From contig OZ037767.1 in assembly GCA_964035545.1 (NCBI GenBank), forward strand, positions 16,486,581 through 16,550,580: DNA of 64,000 nucleotides. The letters run 5' to 3'. Made by a program: the position numbers and the translations under genes. The stretch comes from Bugula neritina (lineage: Eukaryota > Animalia > Bryozoa). Shown in pieces: positions 1 through 21,200 of the stretch. The stretch's first letter is position 1. Each line of letters begins with the position of its first letter. Under the pieces are notes generated by a model. It did no database searches. It was given only the letters and a program-made list of their open reading frames with translations, and was not told the origin of the DNA.

Positions 1-321
1 ACTCATTGCTAATATTGGCTACTTTTACATTTAGTTTTGATGCATACATTATTTGGACCTGTAAAATATCAATATAGCTGTTTACTACCATTTACATTAT
101 TTAGTTTAAATTTGAGATAAAATTAATTTGTTGCAAATTTTAATCTTTTCACTAAAATTTTGTATGCTCTATATCACATTTAAACACTATATTATTGATT
201 TGCTATTTTACAGTCTGTCTTACTAATGACAAAAATAAAGTAGTTTGAAAGATTGCATCAAAACTGATCAATTTTTGCATAGTTTTTGCAAATATTCATG
301 TTTTCCAGCTGAAGTATAGAA

Positions 322-8934
<8,613 letters not shown>

Positions 8935-10012
8935 CAGCTCGTTTAAGGAGTTTTCTTCTCTTTACTAACTGGTTGATGTGTCTGCAGTTATGACTCGCTG
9001 TTGTGGCGTGTACACAGGAGGTTACAGGATGTTAGGCAGCAGACGCTGCTGAGTTTTTTCTTGTCAGCTGAACAGCCACTGCGTAGCTTGGAATATAATA
9101 TTACTCTAATAGAAGGCAGATAACTCCCCTTAGATGTCATTACATTACACTTGTTGTGTTGTTAGATCATTATTAGTATTTAGAATATCTAATATTTCAC
9201 TCAACTCTACAGAATCTCATGACACATGTTCTATTTGAATAGTGTATATTCTCCTTAACCTGTGAATCAGCTATTTATTTAGTATATGTTTTCCTTTACC
9301 TGTGAATCAGCTATTTATTTAAGCTCACTAGGCAAATACTCAAGGTTCTTGTGTGTGTTTTTTTACATCAAGTATTTACATTTTGAATTACTTTTATATT
9401 TCGTGCTCTAAGTTGGTTTTAAATGCCGATATATCAACATTGACTTTATTGTTTTAAAATATTTGTATACATTGTAGGATATAGGATCTATAGGGTGATA
9501 TAGAGTGTCGTAATTTTAGGTTATTTGATGTCTACAATGTGTTTTGCAATAAAGTTATAAGCAATTGTAAAATATCTGTATGCCACTCATATGTACTGTC
9601 TCACACTGTTGCCAGATGAAGGTAAATCATATAGTGGGTGAAGGTTTATTTTATTGTTAAATAATTTCTAATTGAACACCAAACTTGAGCAAATAATAAA
9701 CTATGTCTATAATAAAAATTCTATGAATTTGGTGTTTCTTCAAAATTTAAAAGCTAAGAATTTTGAAATTAGGAAGAACAACATAAAAATTGAGTCAAAA
9801 GGTGTTCAAATATTACTTTGTAGAATAAATTAATTTAAAAACTTGTTTGTGAGAAATGTCACACATCAATGTTCCTTTATGTTAAAAGTGCTAATAAAAC
9901 TTGATTATCAAATTGCATATCTTACTGAGTCTTAAACTATAAGCTTCTTTAACTCGAAGCACAGCCAAAAGAAGTGTTAAATTATAGTATTCTACAACTC
10001 AGGCTCCATTTT

Positions 10013-12024
10013 TCACACTTCCGGTGGTTTATAGTCCTTGAACTTTTCAATCAAAGCCTGAACATCATTCTGCAGGTTAATTATTTGAATATTAGAGCTG
10101 TACCTGCGATAGGGTTTGCCGTTTGGGGCTACAATAAACTTTTCAAAGTTAGATGCAACGTCATTTCTGCAGACGGGAGACCAGGTGATATCTACAGCTG
10201 AGTCGACGAAGGTGTGGAGATCGTCGCTGGGCAAAGGAAGACTTTCTCGGAGGAAACGGAAGAGAGGATGAGCATTCTTACCATTGACCTCTACCTATAG
10301 TTTTATTAGAGAAATATTAAAAGATTGAACATTTGAAAAACAGCAACTCATTTAAATAATATTGCATGTGCAGAGCTTAACCAAGAAAAGTGAGTGAACG
10401 CTTCATAAACTGTCATTGGTCAAAAATAACTTCAAAGCTCTCCCATAAATTTAAAGTATTGCTAATTGTATTTCAGACCTCTTTGGAAACATAATCTCTT
10501 ATAACATTGTTAAAACTGCATGTGTCTATATTAATTCAGTGCATAATTTAATGGCAATGTGCAGTGGTCTAAGCAATTAAAGTCTTATATAATAATACCT
10601 ACTAATTTGCAAAAGATAGTGTGCACTTGAACCTATAGTTTAGCCAATTTAGCAATATAAAATTTAAGCTACTCTAAATAAAGGACATAAAATGATTAAT
10701 CACTTAGTTATTAGAATTCATGCATGTGTAATAAGCTTAAATCCCTTCTATAACTGCATACAATATTTCTATATAAAGAAAGAGAGACTATTAGTTCAAA
10801 GAGAGCCAAAACTCATTGTAACTGAGTCTAACCAAACCTATTCAAAGGCTAGCTATTGTTAACTTTTGTTTATGAATAGTAAAGTAGTTATTGATACTAA
10901 ATTCAAGTTATTTATATATAGAAACTATCGCAGCCACAAAGATCAGATACAAAACTCTACTGAAAGAGATGTTGTTTGCTGCCTGATTTAGAACTATTTT
11001 GAGAATAAATTATTTATTAGTAGTTATTCATTAACTACTAACAAATAAAAGCGCAAAGCTATTAATTGCCAAAATGTCTTTAGCATGCCAACAATGTTTT
11101 TGACTTACATTGTTGAATACTTCAAAGGTTGGGTAAAAGTCGTTTCCAGGTTGAATGTGTCGTAAAACTAGCAACAAGTCTTCAGCACTGCAATGATCCT
11201 AAAAGAAATTGAAATACTTTAAATGCATTTTATGAAAAAAATTAATATAAAAATTCTACATTTTAGCAACAATATACGAGGAAATAAAACAAGTATAACC
11301 AAGATTTATGATAGTAGTGCCCAAAAATACATGCAAGATTTTATTGTTAATACTGCTTTGAGTTTTTATTATTAAATTTTGTAAGTCAGCTTTGTCCTAT
11401 GCACTATTTAGACTTGCTAGTGTCATAATAACATTGATGCAGTGATTGAAACATGCAGTACACCCAGACTTTAAAATAGAATTAAAACTAGATCTTGAAA
11501 AATGAATAAAACACGATTTATGAATAAAGTAAATTTTAAAAATTTTGTAGAAATTGAAAGTTACAGCTAATAGTTTTTTTATTTGCATGCATTAGACGTT
11601 TTCCTAATTTAATAAAAAAATAGCTGAATATAGGCTAATAGTCGTTATAATAATTAATGAGCTCTAAAAAAGTTGTAGTTGTGATTCAGTTTGAAATCAG
11701 AAGGATAAACGACATTTTGTTTATTTGAAACATCATTACAATGCTGAACAAAACTAATGTTGTAAATTAACTTACAGAATGATGAAACTGATTGCATGCA
11801 AATCCGAGAACAGCTAGTTGACCGTGGTATTTTTCTTGAAGGTCATTCATTTGTTGGTATACTTTTGAGGATTTTTCCCCAAATGCAGCTATATTTACTA
11901 TTAACAATATTTTTCCCGCATATTTCTCTAATCTAAAACGTCGTCCTTTCACATCTTCCACCAAAATATCTTGAAGTTTTGTTATGGAGACAGGACTTCT
12001 CACCACTACTGCATTTGCCGCCAT
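10013..12024 (-). CDS. Glutathione peroxidase 1/2-like protein lacking catalytic residues (3 exons, 206 aa)
   Basis: Exons 12024-11776, 11198-11109, 10294-10013, all phase 0 GT-AG. GPX signatures GKILLIVNIAA, LAVLGFACNQF, VEVNGKNAHPLFRFLRESLPLPSDD, ITWSPVCRNDVASNFEKFIVAPNGKPYRRYS. No frameshift or internal stop. Confidence 0.9.
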
Positions 12025-12029
12025 TTGTG

Positions 12030-12330
12030 TTCATTAGTAACGACCTTTGCGCGCTGACCTAAACGTTGCAAGACAACTTGCCTGTGTTTCTTAGTTTATC
12101 GCTGATTCTATTGAACTACTGACGACGGCAAAGATATTAAAGGCCGCGAACTAAACGTTGAGCGGATTGCCTGACATTATTGGTTGGTTTTTATTTAATC
12201 GGGAGTAGTTAAAACACCAAAGCGCTTTCATCTCACATGCGAGCAAACACCCGGAAATGACCATTATGTGATTTCAGCAGACGCAGAGCCTTTACACGTG
12301 CTAGAATAAGATTGAGACCCGAAGGTCATT
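12030..12330. promoter_or_regulatory. Putative bidirectional promoter between the GPX-like (-) and EML-like (+) genes
   Basis: CpG-richer patch in AT-rich surroundings, with ATTGG at ~12178 and ETS-like CCGGAAAT at ~12251. Downstream donor/acceptor-bounded non-coding exons on + lead toward the EML-like ATG. Transcription start sites are not directly observable. Confidence 0.45.
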
Positions 12331-15271
12331 CAGCTCTAAAAGTAAATGTTTCCAGCACTCTGCAATAGCTCCATTCAACACCTTAAAACTCATTTCTTTA
12401 TAAGTTCCTAAAGACAAAAACCTAAAAGTATTTTTTAAATATAAAAATGTTCCTCTAAACATTTTAACATTGTGATTGTGCAACGATCAATGCGTGATTC
12501 TATCACGATCACAATGCCATTATCATTATGATAATTATTATTATTATCATTATAATTATTATATAAATCTTTATGATTATAAAATTGGGTCTATTCATAA
12601 TTATTATGGTTCAACTTATTATTGTATAATAAAAATAGTAGTCATTGTTAATACTTAGCATTACCATATTTATATTTTATCAATAACAATAATAACAATA
12701 CCAATAATCTAGGACTAGTTACTTACTATTACTATATATCTCTAAACTAGAACTACTGTAGGTCTAGCTGTAATTTTTGTACCTGAGTGCATGATAGATA
12801 GTCCATATCAAAAGTATGATCATGATTTAAATATTAATAGCAAATGGATTAGCAAATGTACTAAATTTACACTCATACTCACAATAATCTTTATATAGTA
12901 CTAAAACTAAAATTGATATATACAAATAGAGATACATTTGCTATTATAAACTGGCATTAACCGCAGAAAATGAAGTAATTTGATAGCTAAAAATTGGGTG
13001 TAATAATGACTCTTAAAAGTTTTTAGTTGTTGTTCAATAACAGATAGTTCATAGAACTTGGTCTTAGTAACAGGCCAACAGAAAGTGGATATAAAACAAA
13101 TTTTACTACTAGTTTATTGGTAACTGTCACATTATTTATAAATTAATTTACTGAAATTATTCTCAAGTATTTGGGAAATTTAGCACTTAATTTCAGTTTT
13201 TAGCACTGGGCAGACAATTACAGTACAAATTTAAAATTGGCAATAATAGAGTAATTTATAGCAAATATGCAACTGAAAATAAAGTTTTAGTAGCCACACT
13301 TATGATGATCAAGCGTGCAAACCAGGGCAAAATCTCCAGCTAAGTTCAATTCAAGTTAAATGATTTTGTTAATTCATTGCAACTGGCTTATTGAAATTCT
13401 GAATTTTTTTTAGATAGTAATGTTGATTAGTGCAGTTGATCGGTTTCTAATAATTCAAGTATATTTTGTTGTTTTTGTAGTTAGGTAAAGACTTCATGCT
13501 TTGATACAACAGAAAATCTTCAACTCATGTAGTTTTAAGTAGTTCTCTAAATGTGTCAAGGAAACGCTAGTCATCATAATTAAACAATTTGCATTGCAGT
13601 TGGTTTATTTAAAGTGAATTAGAACTTTTTTTCAATTAATTATAACACACTCTCACTAATTAAAGTGATTGGTTCTGCAGTTTATATACGATGTCACTGT
13701 TGCTGCTTATACATAATAGGCTCTAGTTATGTGCCCTGGTCTACTATAATAATATATGTATATGATCAAGTACTAGAAGCTGTAACAATAGCATATATAG
13801 CCATATAGCTAATATCACATATTGTAGCTATAACCATCCTAGAATTTAGGGGATCCCAAGGTGCTAGCTCACTTGAGATTTGACTATCTGGTGAGTAAGA
13901 CATGCACTATAACCTGGCCAACAATACTGAATACTTTATAATTAATGATTACTGCTTTGTTCTTGCAACATGAAAGCAAATTTCCATCAAGTTAATTTTT
14001 TTCTTAAATTACCTTTTTATTTCCAAACGTTTAAATACACTTTTGTGTATATATATAGTGTATTGGTAATAATGTATTATATATAATTTATTTATCAACA
14101 GAGACATTCAAGTGACTGTAGAGAGATGTTTCCTTTTAATGTTTACTCCCTTGGAGACTGCAAAGGATTTTCCTATTGGATCAACCCAGGGGTTGTGTTC
14201 CCTTGGCATGTGCCAACTCCCCACTGCTCTGCCTCACCTCATTGCAGGTAAAGGTTCATTCTGAAGTGCTATTAACTAACATACTTCCATATATTTTGCT
14301 AAAATTTTCCATGAAAACACATTACCATTTGAAAATTTAAGCATTTCTTAGATTCAAATTGGAGGTGCAGTTAAATTCATATATATGAGGAAGTCATACG
14401 AAGCAAAACTAGACATAATATTTGAATTCAACTCTGTTATTCTACCTGGGATATCACTATTAATTGGTACAAGGTTCATTAAAATTTGTGACTTTATTTT
14501 GCTCTAACTTTACTCAAGTTAATGGGCATGTTTAAGCCATTATGCTTCCTGTTTTCTCAATACAAATAGCTTAACATGTTAGTTTTCACTTCCAACAGCT
14601 GGTTATAAATAATGATGATGTTGAAATTGTTAGGATGTATTTGAAATGATTTTAGTTCTTATATAGAAATCTATATGAATTGTGTAAAACAAGTTTTGCT
14701 GAAAAACGTATCATTACTGAGTGTTATAGAGTAATCGATAAATTTACATAAAATATTGAGTTCTATTGAGATCCCTGCTAAACTTGCATTATGATAATAG
14801 AAGGTACTAGAATGTGCTGCCTATGATGGTGCCGTGCCTACTAATAACCATGTAGATGCGATATTGATTGTGTATTGGTCAGCTAGCTAATTACCTGGTC
14901 TTTTATCAGCCAGTAGAGCTACTTTACCAGCACGATGTGACCTTCTGCAGTGAGTGTCTTCACTTTCATTTTACATGCTGTCAAATTTTCTAAACTTGCT
15001 GTCTTCCTTTAGCTTTCTCGACTTAGATTGGTGAGTGAGTTTTGCTTAATATAAAATGCATTTCAGCAAAACTTTCGATTTTATGGCAACTTAACTTTTA
15101 GAATATACTAGTTAGGCCCATGGTTTTTTATTTATTAAGAGAAAATTTCATTTTGTAATTAAATCACTTTATGTTCTAATTGGGTTACTTTATGCTGTAA
15201 TTGGTATAATTTAGACATAATTTTCCCTGAAGTGCTCCAAATTACCTTCCTGGCACGAAAACCTCACCAGG

Positions 15272-18200
15272 ATGACTAGCAGACATGGAAAATGTGACTT
15301 ACGCAGTCAACGGAGTAGAGCAAAGTTCACTGAGAAAGCTTGTTTAACTAAAGATATTCTCTTGTTTGTAAAGGTAAGTCAATATTTTGTAAATTGTGAT
15401 GAAAAGGTTTAAACAGACCAATTATTTCATGTTCAACCAAAAGTAGGCTTATTTATGGCACTTCTTCCATCTAAAGCTTAAAAAAACATATTTATAAGGT
15501 TTAAGTTTTAAAATCTTCATGTGCTTTAGAGATGACAACTCTCATTTTTTTGTTGCTAATGTACTAAAGTGTTGATAATGTACTAACGTGTTGATATTAT
15601 CCTAATTAGTGTTGATTATTTTAAAGTGTTGGTTGTACTAAAGTATTGATTCTACTAAACTCTAAAATGTTGAATTTACTCTAAAGTCTAAACTGTTGAT
15701 AATGTACCAAACTGTTGATAATGTACTAAAGTGTTGATTGTAGGGCAGTGGTTTATATGAGGCAGACATGTCTTGGGGTAAGAATCTAACCTCTAGTTTA
15801 CTGTACGACAAGCTGTGTATATAATATAGAATATAGCCTAGGTTTTTAATATGTAAGGCTGTACCATAACTACGTACTATTCACATACAATGCAGTGACA
15901 AATTTTTAATCCCAACTTTGGTTTTAATCTATTTTTGTTTTGCATTTGTTGAGCAGTGAGCAAAAGTTTTTGACTGAATTAGGAGTTGTCTACTTCATGT
16001 TAAATTAGAACACCTTGCATCTGATATCTATGACAGCTTTCATGGTTTTATAGCTTCATTTCTATTTTTTGTTGTTGTTTGCTGCTGTACTAACTCTATT
16101 GCATGTTGTTGTTTGCTGCTGTACTAACTCTATTGCACGTTGCTGCTGTACTAACGCAGCTGTGGAAGAGACTCCGAGAGACCTGGAGATGGAGTTTGAG
16201 GCGGCCATTATGCCGGTGCTGATGGATTGCAGCAGACAACGCCTCAGGTCACTGCACATGAACTTACTCAGGTACGGCACCAACATTGACGAGAGGATAA
16301 CTTCCAAAGAGTTGACCGCAGCATTGCAGGTGAGTTGGAGGTAGAAGAAGTAGTATTCCTTGTCTGTCTGTGTGGCCGGGTGCAGTGACCTTGACATCTA
16401 TTATGCAGGAGACAAATATAAAGCTGCCCAACCGAGCATTTCAGCTGATAACAGAAATCTACGGCGACAGCAAGGGGATAGATTTTCAGAAGCTGTACAG
16501 GAAGTTGGAGCATGCTCAGAAGAAAACTGGTCGAGATAGTGTTTTGGCTAAGCAACTTGTGGGAGATCGCAATCTCTACAACCAGGTTGGTAGACACTGT
16601 ACAGCTATTCTATTTCTATAACCAGGTTGTTAAACACTGTATAGCTATTCTATTTCTACAACCAGGTTGTTAAACACTGTATAGCTATTCTATTTCTACA
16701 ACCAGGTTGTTAAACACTGTATAGCTATTCTATTTCTACAAACAGGTTGTTAAACACTGTATAGCTATTCTATTTCTATAACCAGGTTACAGCCACCCAA
16801 TGTACTTTATGTTAACTTAACTGCTAATTTCTTACGTGACTGTATTAATATATTCGGCTGTACATACAGAGTTTTAAATTATGTGGTTAGGTAACATAGT
16901 CATATGACCATGGAGTTGTATTGTGTTGCTGAGAGACATAGTCATGTGACTATGGAGTTGTATTGTGTTGCTAGGTAACATAGCCATGTGACTATGGAGT
17001 TGTATTCTGTTGCTAGGTAACATAGTCATGTGACCATGGAGTTGTGTTCTGTTGCTAGATGACAGCAGAAGCCCGAGATCTGGACTTTTTGAAAAGAACT
17101 GAGGAGCAGATGGTGAAATGCCCGCACTACTTTGACCTGGAGCAATACCGAGCAGCATGCTTGGAAGAAGACATTAATAAGACTGGCAAACTGACTATAG
17201 AAAAGGTTGGCTTGACTAGTAGTGAAATAGTCACAGTAACTAGCAGTGAAATAGTCACAGTGACTAGCAGTGAAATAGTCACAGTGACTAGTAGTAAAAT
17301 AGTCACAGTGACTAGCAGTGAAATAGTCACAGTGACTAGTAGTGAAATAGTCACAGTGACTAGCAGTGAAATAGTCACAGTGACTAGCAGTGAAATAGTC
17401 ACAGTGACTAGTAGTAAAATAGTCACAGTGACTAGCAGTGAAATAGTCACAGTGACTAGTAGTGAAATAGTCACAGTGACTAGCAGTGAAATAGTCACAG
17501 TGACTAGTAGGGAAATAATAGATACTGTTATATATAAAGTGAGACAGCTAGTTATAAAGATGATAAGTCAAAAGTAGTTGTAAATCTGTCTAGATGAAGG
17601 AACTTGCTCACCGTCACTCCCTTCCAATATACGGGGCTCTGTTGACTAATCTCCTTAATAGATGTGACGATGAGAAGAACTCCACCGCCAGGTATCTGCT
17701 ATATATCTATGGTACACAGTCTATACATGTGGTACACAGGCTATACATGTGGTACACAGTCTATACCGTATGTCTATGCTGCTGCTATGCTGCTCAGACG
17801 TTGCTGCCGTGTTGTAGTTGGCCAGAGTTCATGAGTTTCCTGAACAAAGCTATAGACAACTACTCTGTTAGCAATCCTGGTAGACCTCGTCTTGGGCTGG
17901 ACAAACCTAAACCTGATGAAGGTTTGTATCTGAACTATATACTGTGACTATACACTGTGACTATGTACTGTGACTATATACTGTGACTATGTACTGTGAC
18001 TATGTACTGTGACTATGTACTGTGACTATGTACTGTGACTATGTACTGTGACTATATACTATGTGACTATATACTGTGACTATATACTGTGACTGTATAC
18101 TGTGAACTGATATTTACAGATGCTAAAGGTATGAAAGAACAAGTGAATAAAGTACGCGTGAAGATTAATGTAGAATCTTCGAGAAGACCTTCTAAAGCTC

Positions 18201-21200
18201 AGGAAATGTTTGCAGACGTAATTACTCAGGCTAAGGGTTTACATCAGGTGAAGGAGGGACAGCAGCATGGCGAGTCCACTTCACTCAGCTCTGGTGAGGC
18301 TAACATCCTGTGTCATGTGATACTAGGATGTGTCATGTGACACTAAGATGTGTCATGTGATACTAGGATGTGTCATGTGATGCTAAGATGTGTCATGTGA
18401 CACTAAGATGTGTCATGTGATACTAGGATGTGTCATGTGATGCTAAGATGTGTCATGTGACACTAAGATGTGTCATGTGATACTAGGATGTGTCATGTGA
18501 TGCTAAGATGTGTCATGTGATACTAAGATGTGTCATGTGATACTAGGATGTGTCACGTGACACTAAGATGTGTCATGCGATACTAAGATGTGTCATGTGA
18601 TACTAGGATGTGTCATGTGATGCTAAGATGTGTCATGTGATGCTAAGATGTGTCATGTGATACTAAGATGTGTCATGTGATACTAAGTTGTGTCATGTGA
18701 TACTAGGATGTGTCTTTACTCATTCTTTGCATGTTGTGTTGCAGCAGGCAAAAATCAGGCTATGCAGCTGTTGGAAAGGGACCCTCATGTGCCCACCCAA
18801 ACTTTCACTGTTCAAGGGCAGAAGATTGAACTGGTCATTCCTTTGAACATGAAGTCGACCAATGAACATGTTGTGGAGCCACCCAATGAGAGATTGAAGC
18901 TGGACTGGGTGTAAGCAGTCTTACCTAATCTTAGATCCTAAACGTCTTTTGTCTCCCGCAGCTTTTACTTGTTATTCTTGAATATACATAGTCTTTGTGA
19001 GAATATATTATTCAATGTAACAAGACAAGACTATTAAGTTTAAAATTATCAAACTTCAACTTGGATGTATCAGTTGACCTCCATTGACCTTGAAAGTGGG
19101 CGTGGCTCTCACACCAGCTGTGGACTCTTCAACCTGTAGGTATGGCTATAATGGCATGAGGAACAACCTCCATATTGTGAAGAGTGGTGAGTTGGTCTAC
19201 TCGACTGGTCACATGGTAATCCTCCGAACTTACTCCCAGCATTCCTGTAAACAGAGACAGTACCGTGAGCATACTGCACCCATCACATGGTCAGTGTAAG
19301 GGAGGTGATCCTATCCCCCCCCCGCATGGCTAACAGTAGCTTGTAGATACTCAGTCTAATTGGCTAGCAGTCAACATAGCAGTTTGTGGCACCAGAAATT
19401 GTCTACTTTTCTGTTGCAAAGTCAACATCTTGTTTATATTTGAATTACAACTTTTGTTATTTCTACATGAGGATGATCATTGAATTATATTATATTTCCT
19501 GTGAAATCGTCAAGGGGCCTCTCTAAATAAAACCGATCTATTATGTGGAATAGTGCTATAAGCAGCTTCGAGCAAATGGTTAAAGGAAGATTTTAGTTTG
19601 AAGTTATGTCCCCAACTCCTAACTAAAGTCATCCCTCACCCCCATCTCGGAGCTGCTTATAGAACAACCCTCGTATTGTGTACTCAGCTGATGAATTCTT
19701 ACAACATATAGAGTATAATGTGTAGTATTATTCTCTACTATTACTTGTCATCAGTTCATAAAGCCTCGGTCTTCTCAGTGTGAGTAGCCTGAGCTCTTAG
19801 TACATGTTTCAGCCTTTCAGTGCATTCAGACGGGATGAGGGTAGCCAGCGCCCAGTCCAACTACATGAAGACCGCGGCTCATATTAGACTGTGGAACAGC
19901 GATAATCTGCACACACTCTCTGTGTTTAAGGATACTAAGGCTACATCTCTCAACTACACTCACCTCACATTCTATCTTCCTGAGGTGAGGAATTAAATCT
20001 CTTATAGATTCAACATCTAGAAAGACTGACCCTTTCAACTCATTCTACTGGACCTACTCATAATTTGTCCCTCTTAGTTACATGAAATGTTTTATTAAAA
20101 ATAAATATAATACCTGTGCTTTTGTTGAGCAACTTCAATGTTTTTTATTGATTCATAATAATTTAAATACATATGCTGGTTTTGTATAATAGATTGACTG
20201 TTTCATATATATTGTATTAAATAGTATTACAGTCAGATATACTAAAACAGTATTAAATTTAGATGATAGAAATCATTAATGTAAGCCAGTTGATTAAGTA
20301 AGGGCCAGTTGAGTTGATGAGTCGACAGGGTCTATTTCAGGCTCAGGCGCATTGACCTTTCTTCTAACCTTTCTCAAACCTTCAAAAGACACAGTTATAG
20401 ATCACTTTGTGATATACAGCTAAAACAAGAGTTTCAAAACTGTGACTGGAGCAATCTAGTATTAAAACATAATGATCCAATAGTAGCATACAGAAATTTC
20501 TTGAACGAAACATCTCATATATTTAACAAATTGGCACCTTTTCAAGAAAAGACTTTCCATTTCAATAGAAAAAAGGCGAATAACTGGATCACGGATCGTT
20601 TAAAAAAAGAAATTCACAAAAAAGACAGGCTTTTTTCACAACACAAAGCTTTTCCATACAGCCCAAAACTTAAGCAAGCCTACATTAAGCAAAGAAACAA
20701 AGTATCAACCTTAATTAAACAAGCCAAGTATAACTACTATGATAAGCTGATTTCTAACCAAGCAGACTCCAGAAAGCTTTGGAATACAATCAACAATGCT
20801 TGTGGAAGAAAATCAACCTCTCCAAGCTTCCCAGTAAAGCTAAAAGTTGACTCAGAAATCATTACCCACCATACAGAAATAGCAAACTATATAAACAATT
20901 ATTTCACTAACATTGGAAAGAACTTAGCCGATAAAATACCAAGTGTTCCTGAGATCCCAGTCAATTCCAAAGATTGTCCTTCATTTTATTTTCAGCTGGT
21001 AGACAAAAACAGAGTTTTAACTGAACTAAAAAATTTGAATGAAAATAAATCAGAAGGCTTAGACTTGATCCCAGCGAGGCTAGTTAAACAAAGTGCAACT
21101 TACCTTTGTCAGCCTCTCACACATATTATAAACTTGATAATTAAATCAGGTGTCATTCCTAATGAACTGAAAGTAGCCAAGATTTTGCCATTTTACAAAA

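Noticed and set aside
11870-11890. Possible selenoprotein (UGA recoding) in the GPX-like gene
   Set aside because: The Sec-equivalent codon is GGG, there is no in-frame TGA, and no evident SECIS.
14611-14702. C/D-box snoRNA candidate (ATGATGA...CTGA) in a leader intron
   Set aside because: No terminal stem or recognisable rRNA-complementary guide was seen; such motifs are frequent by chance in AT-rich DNA.
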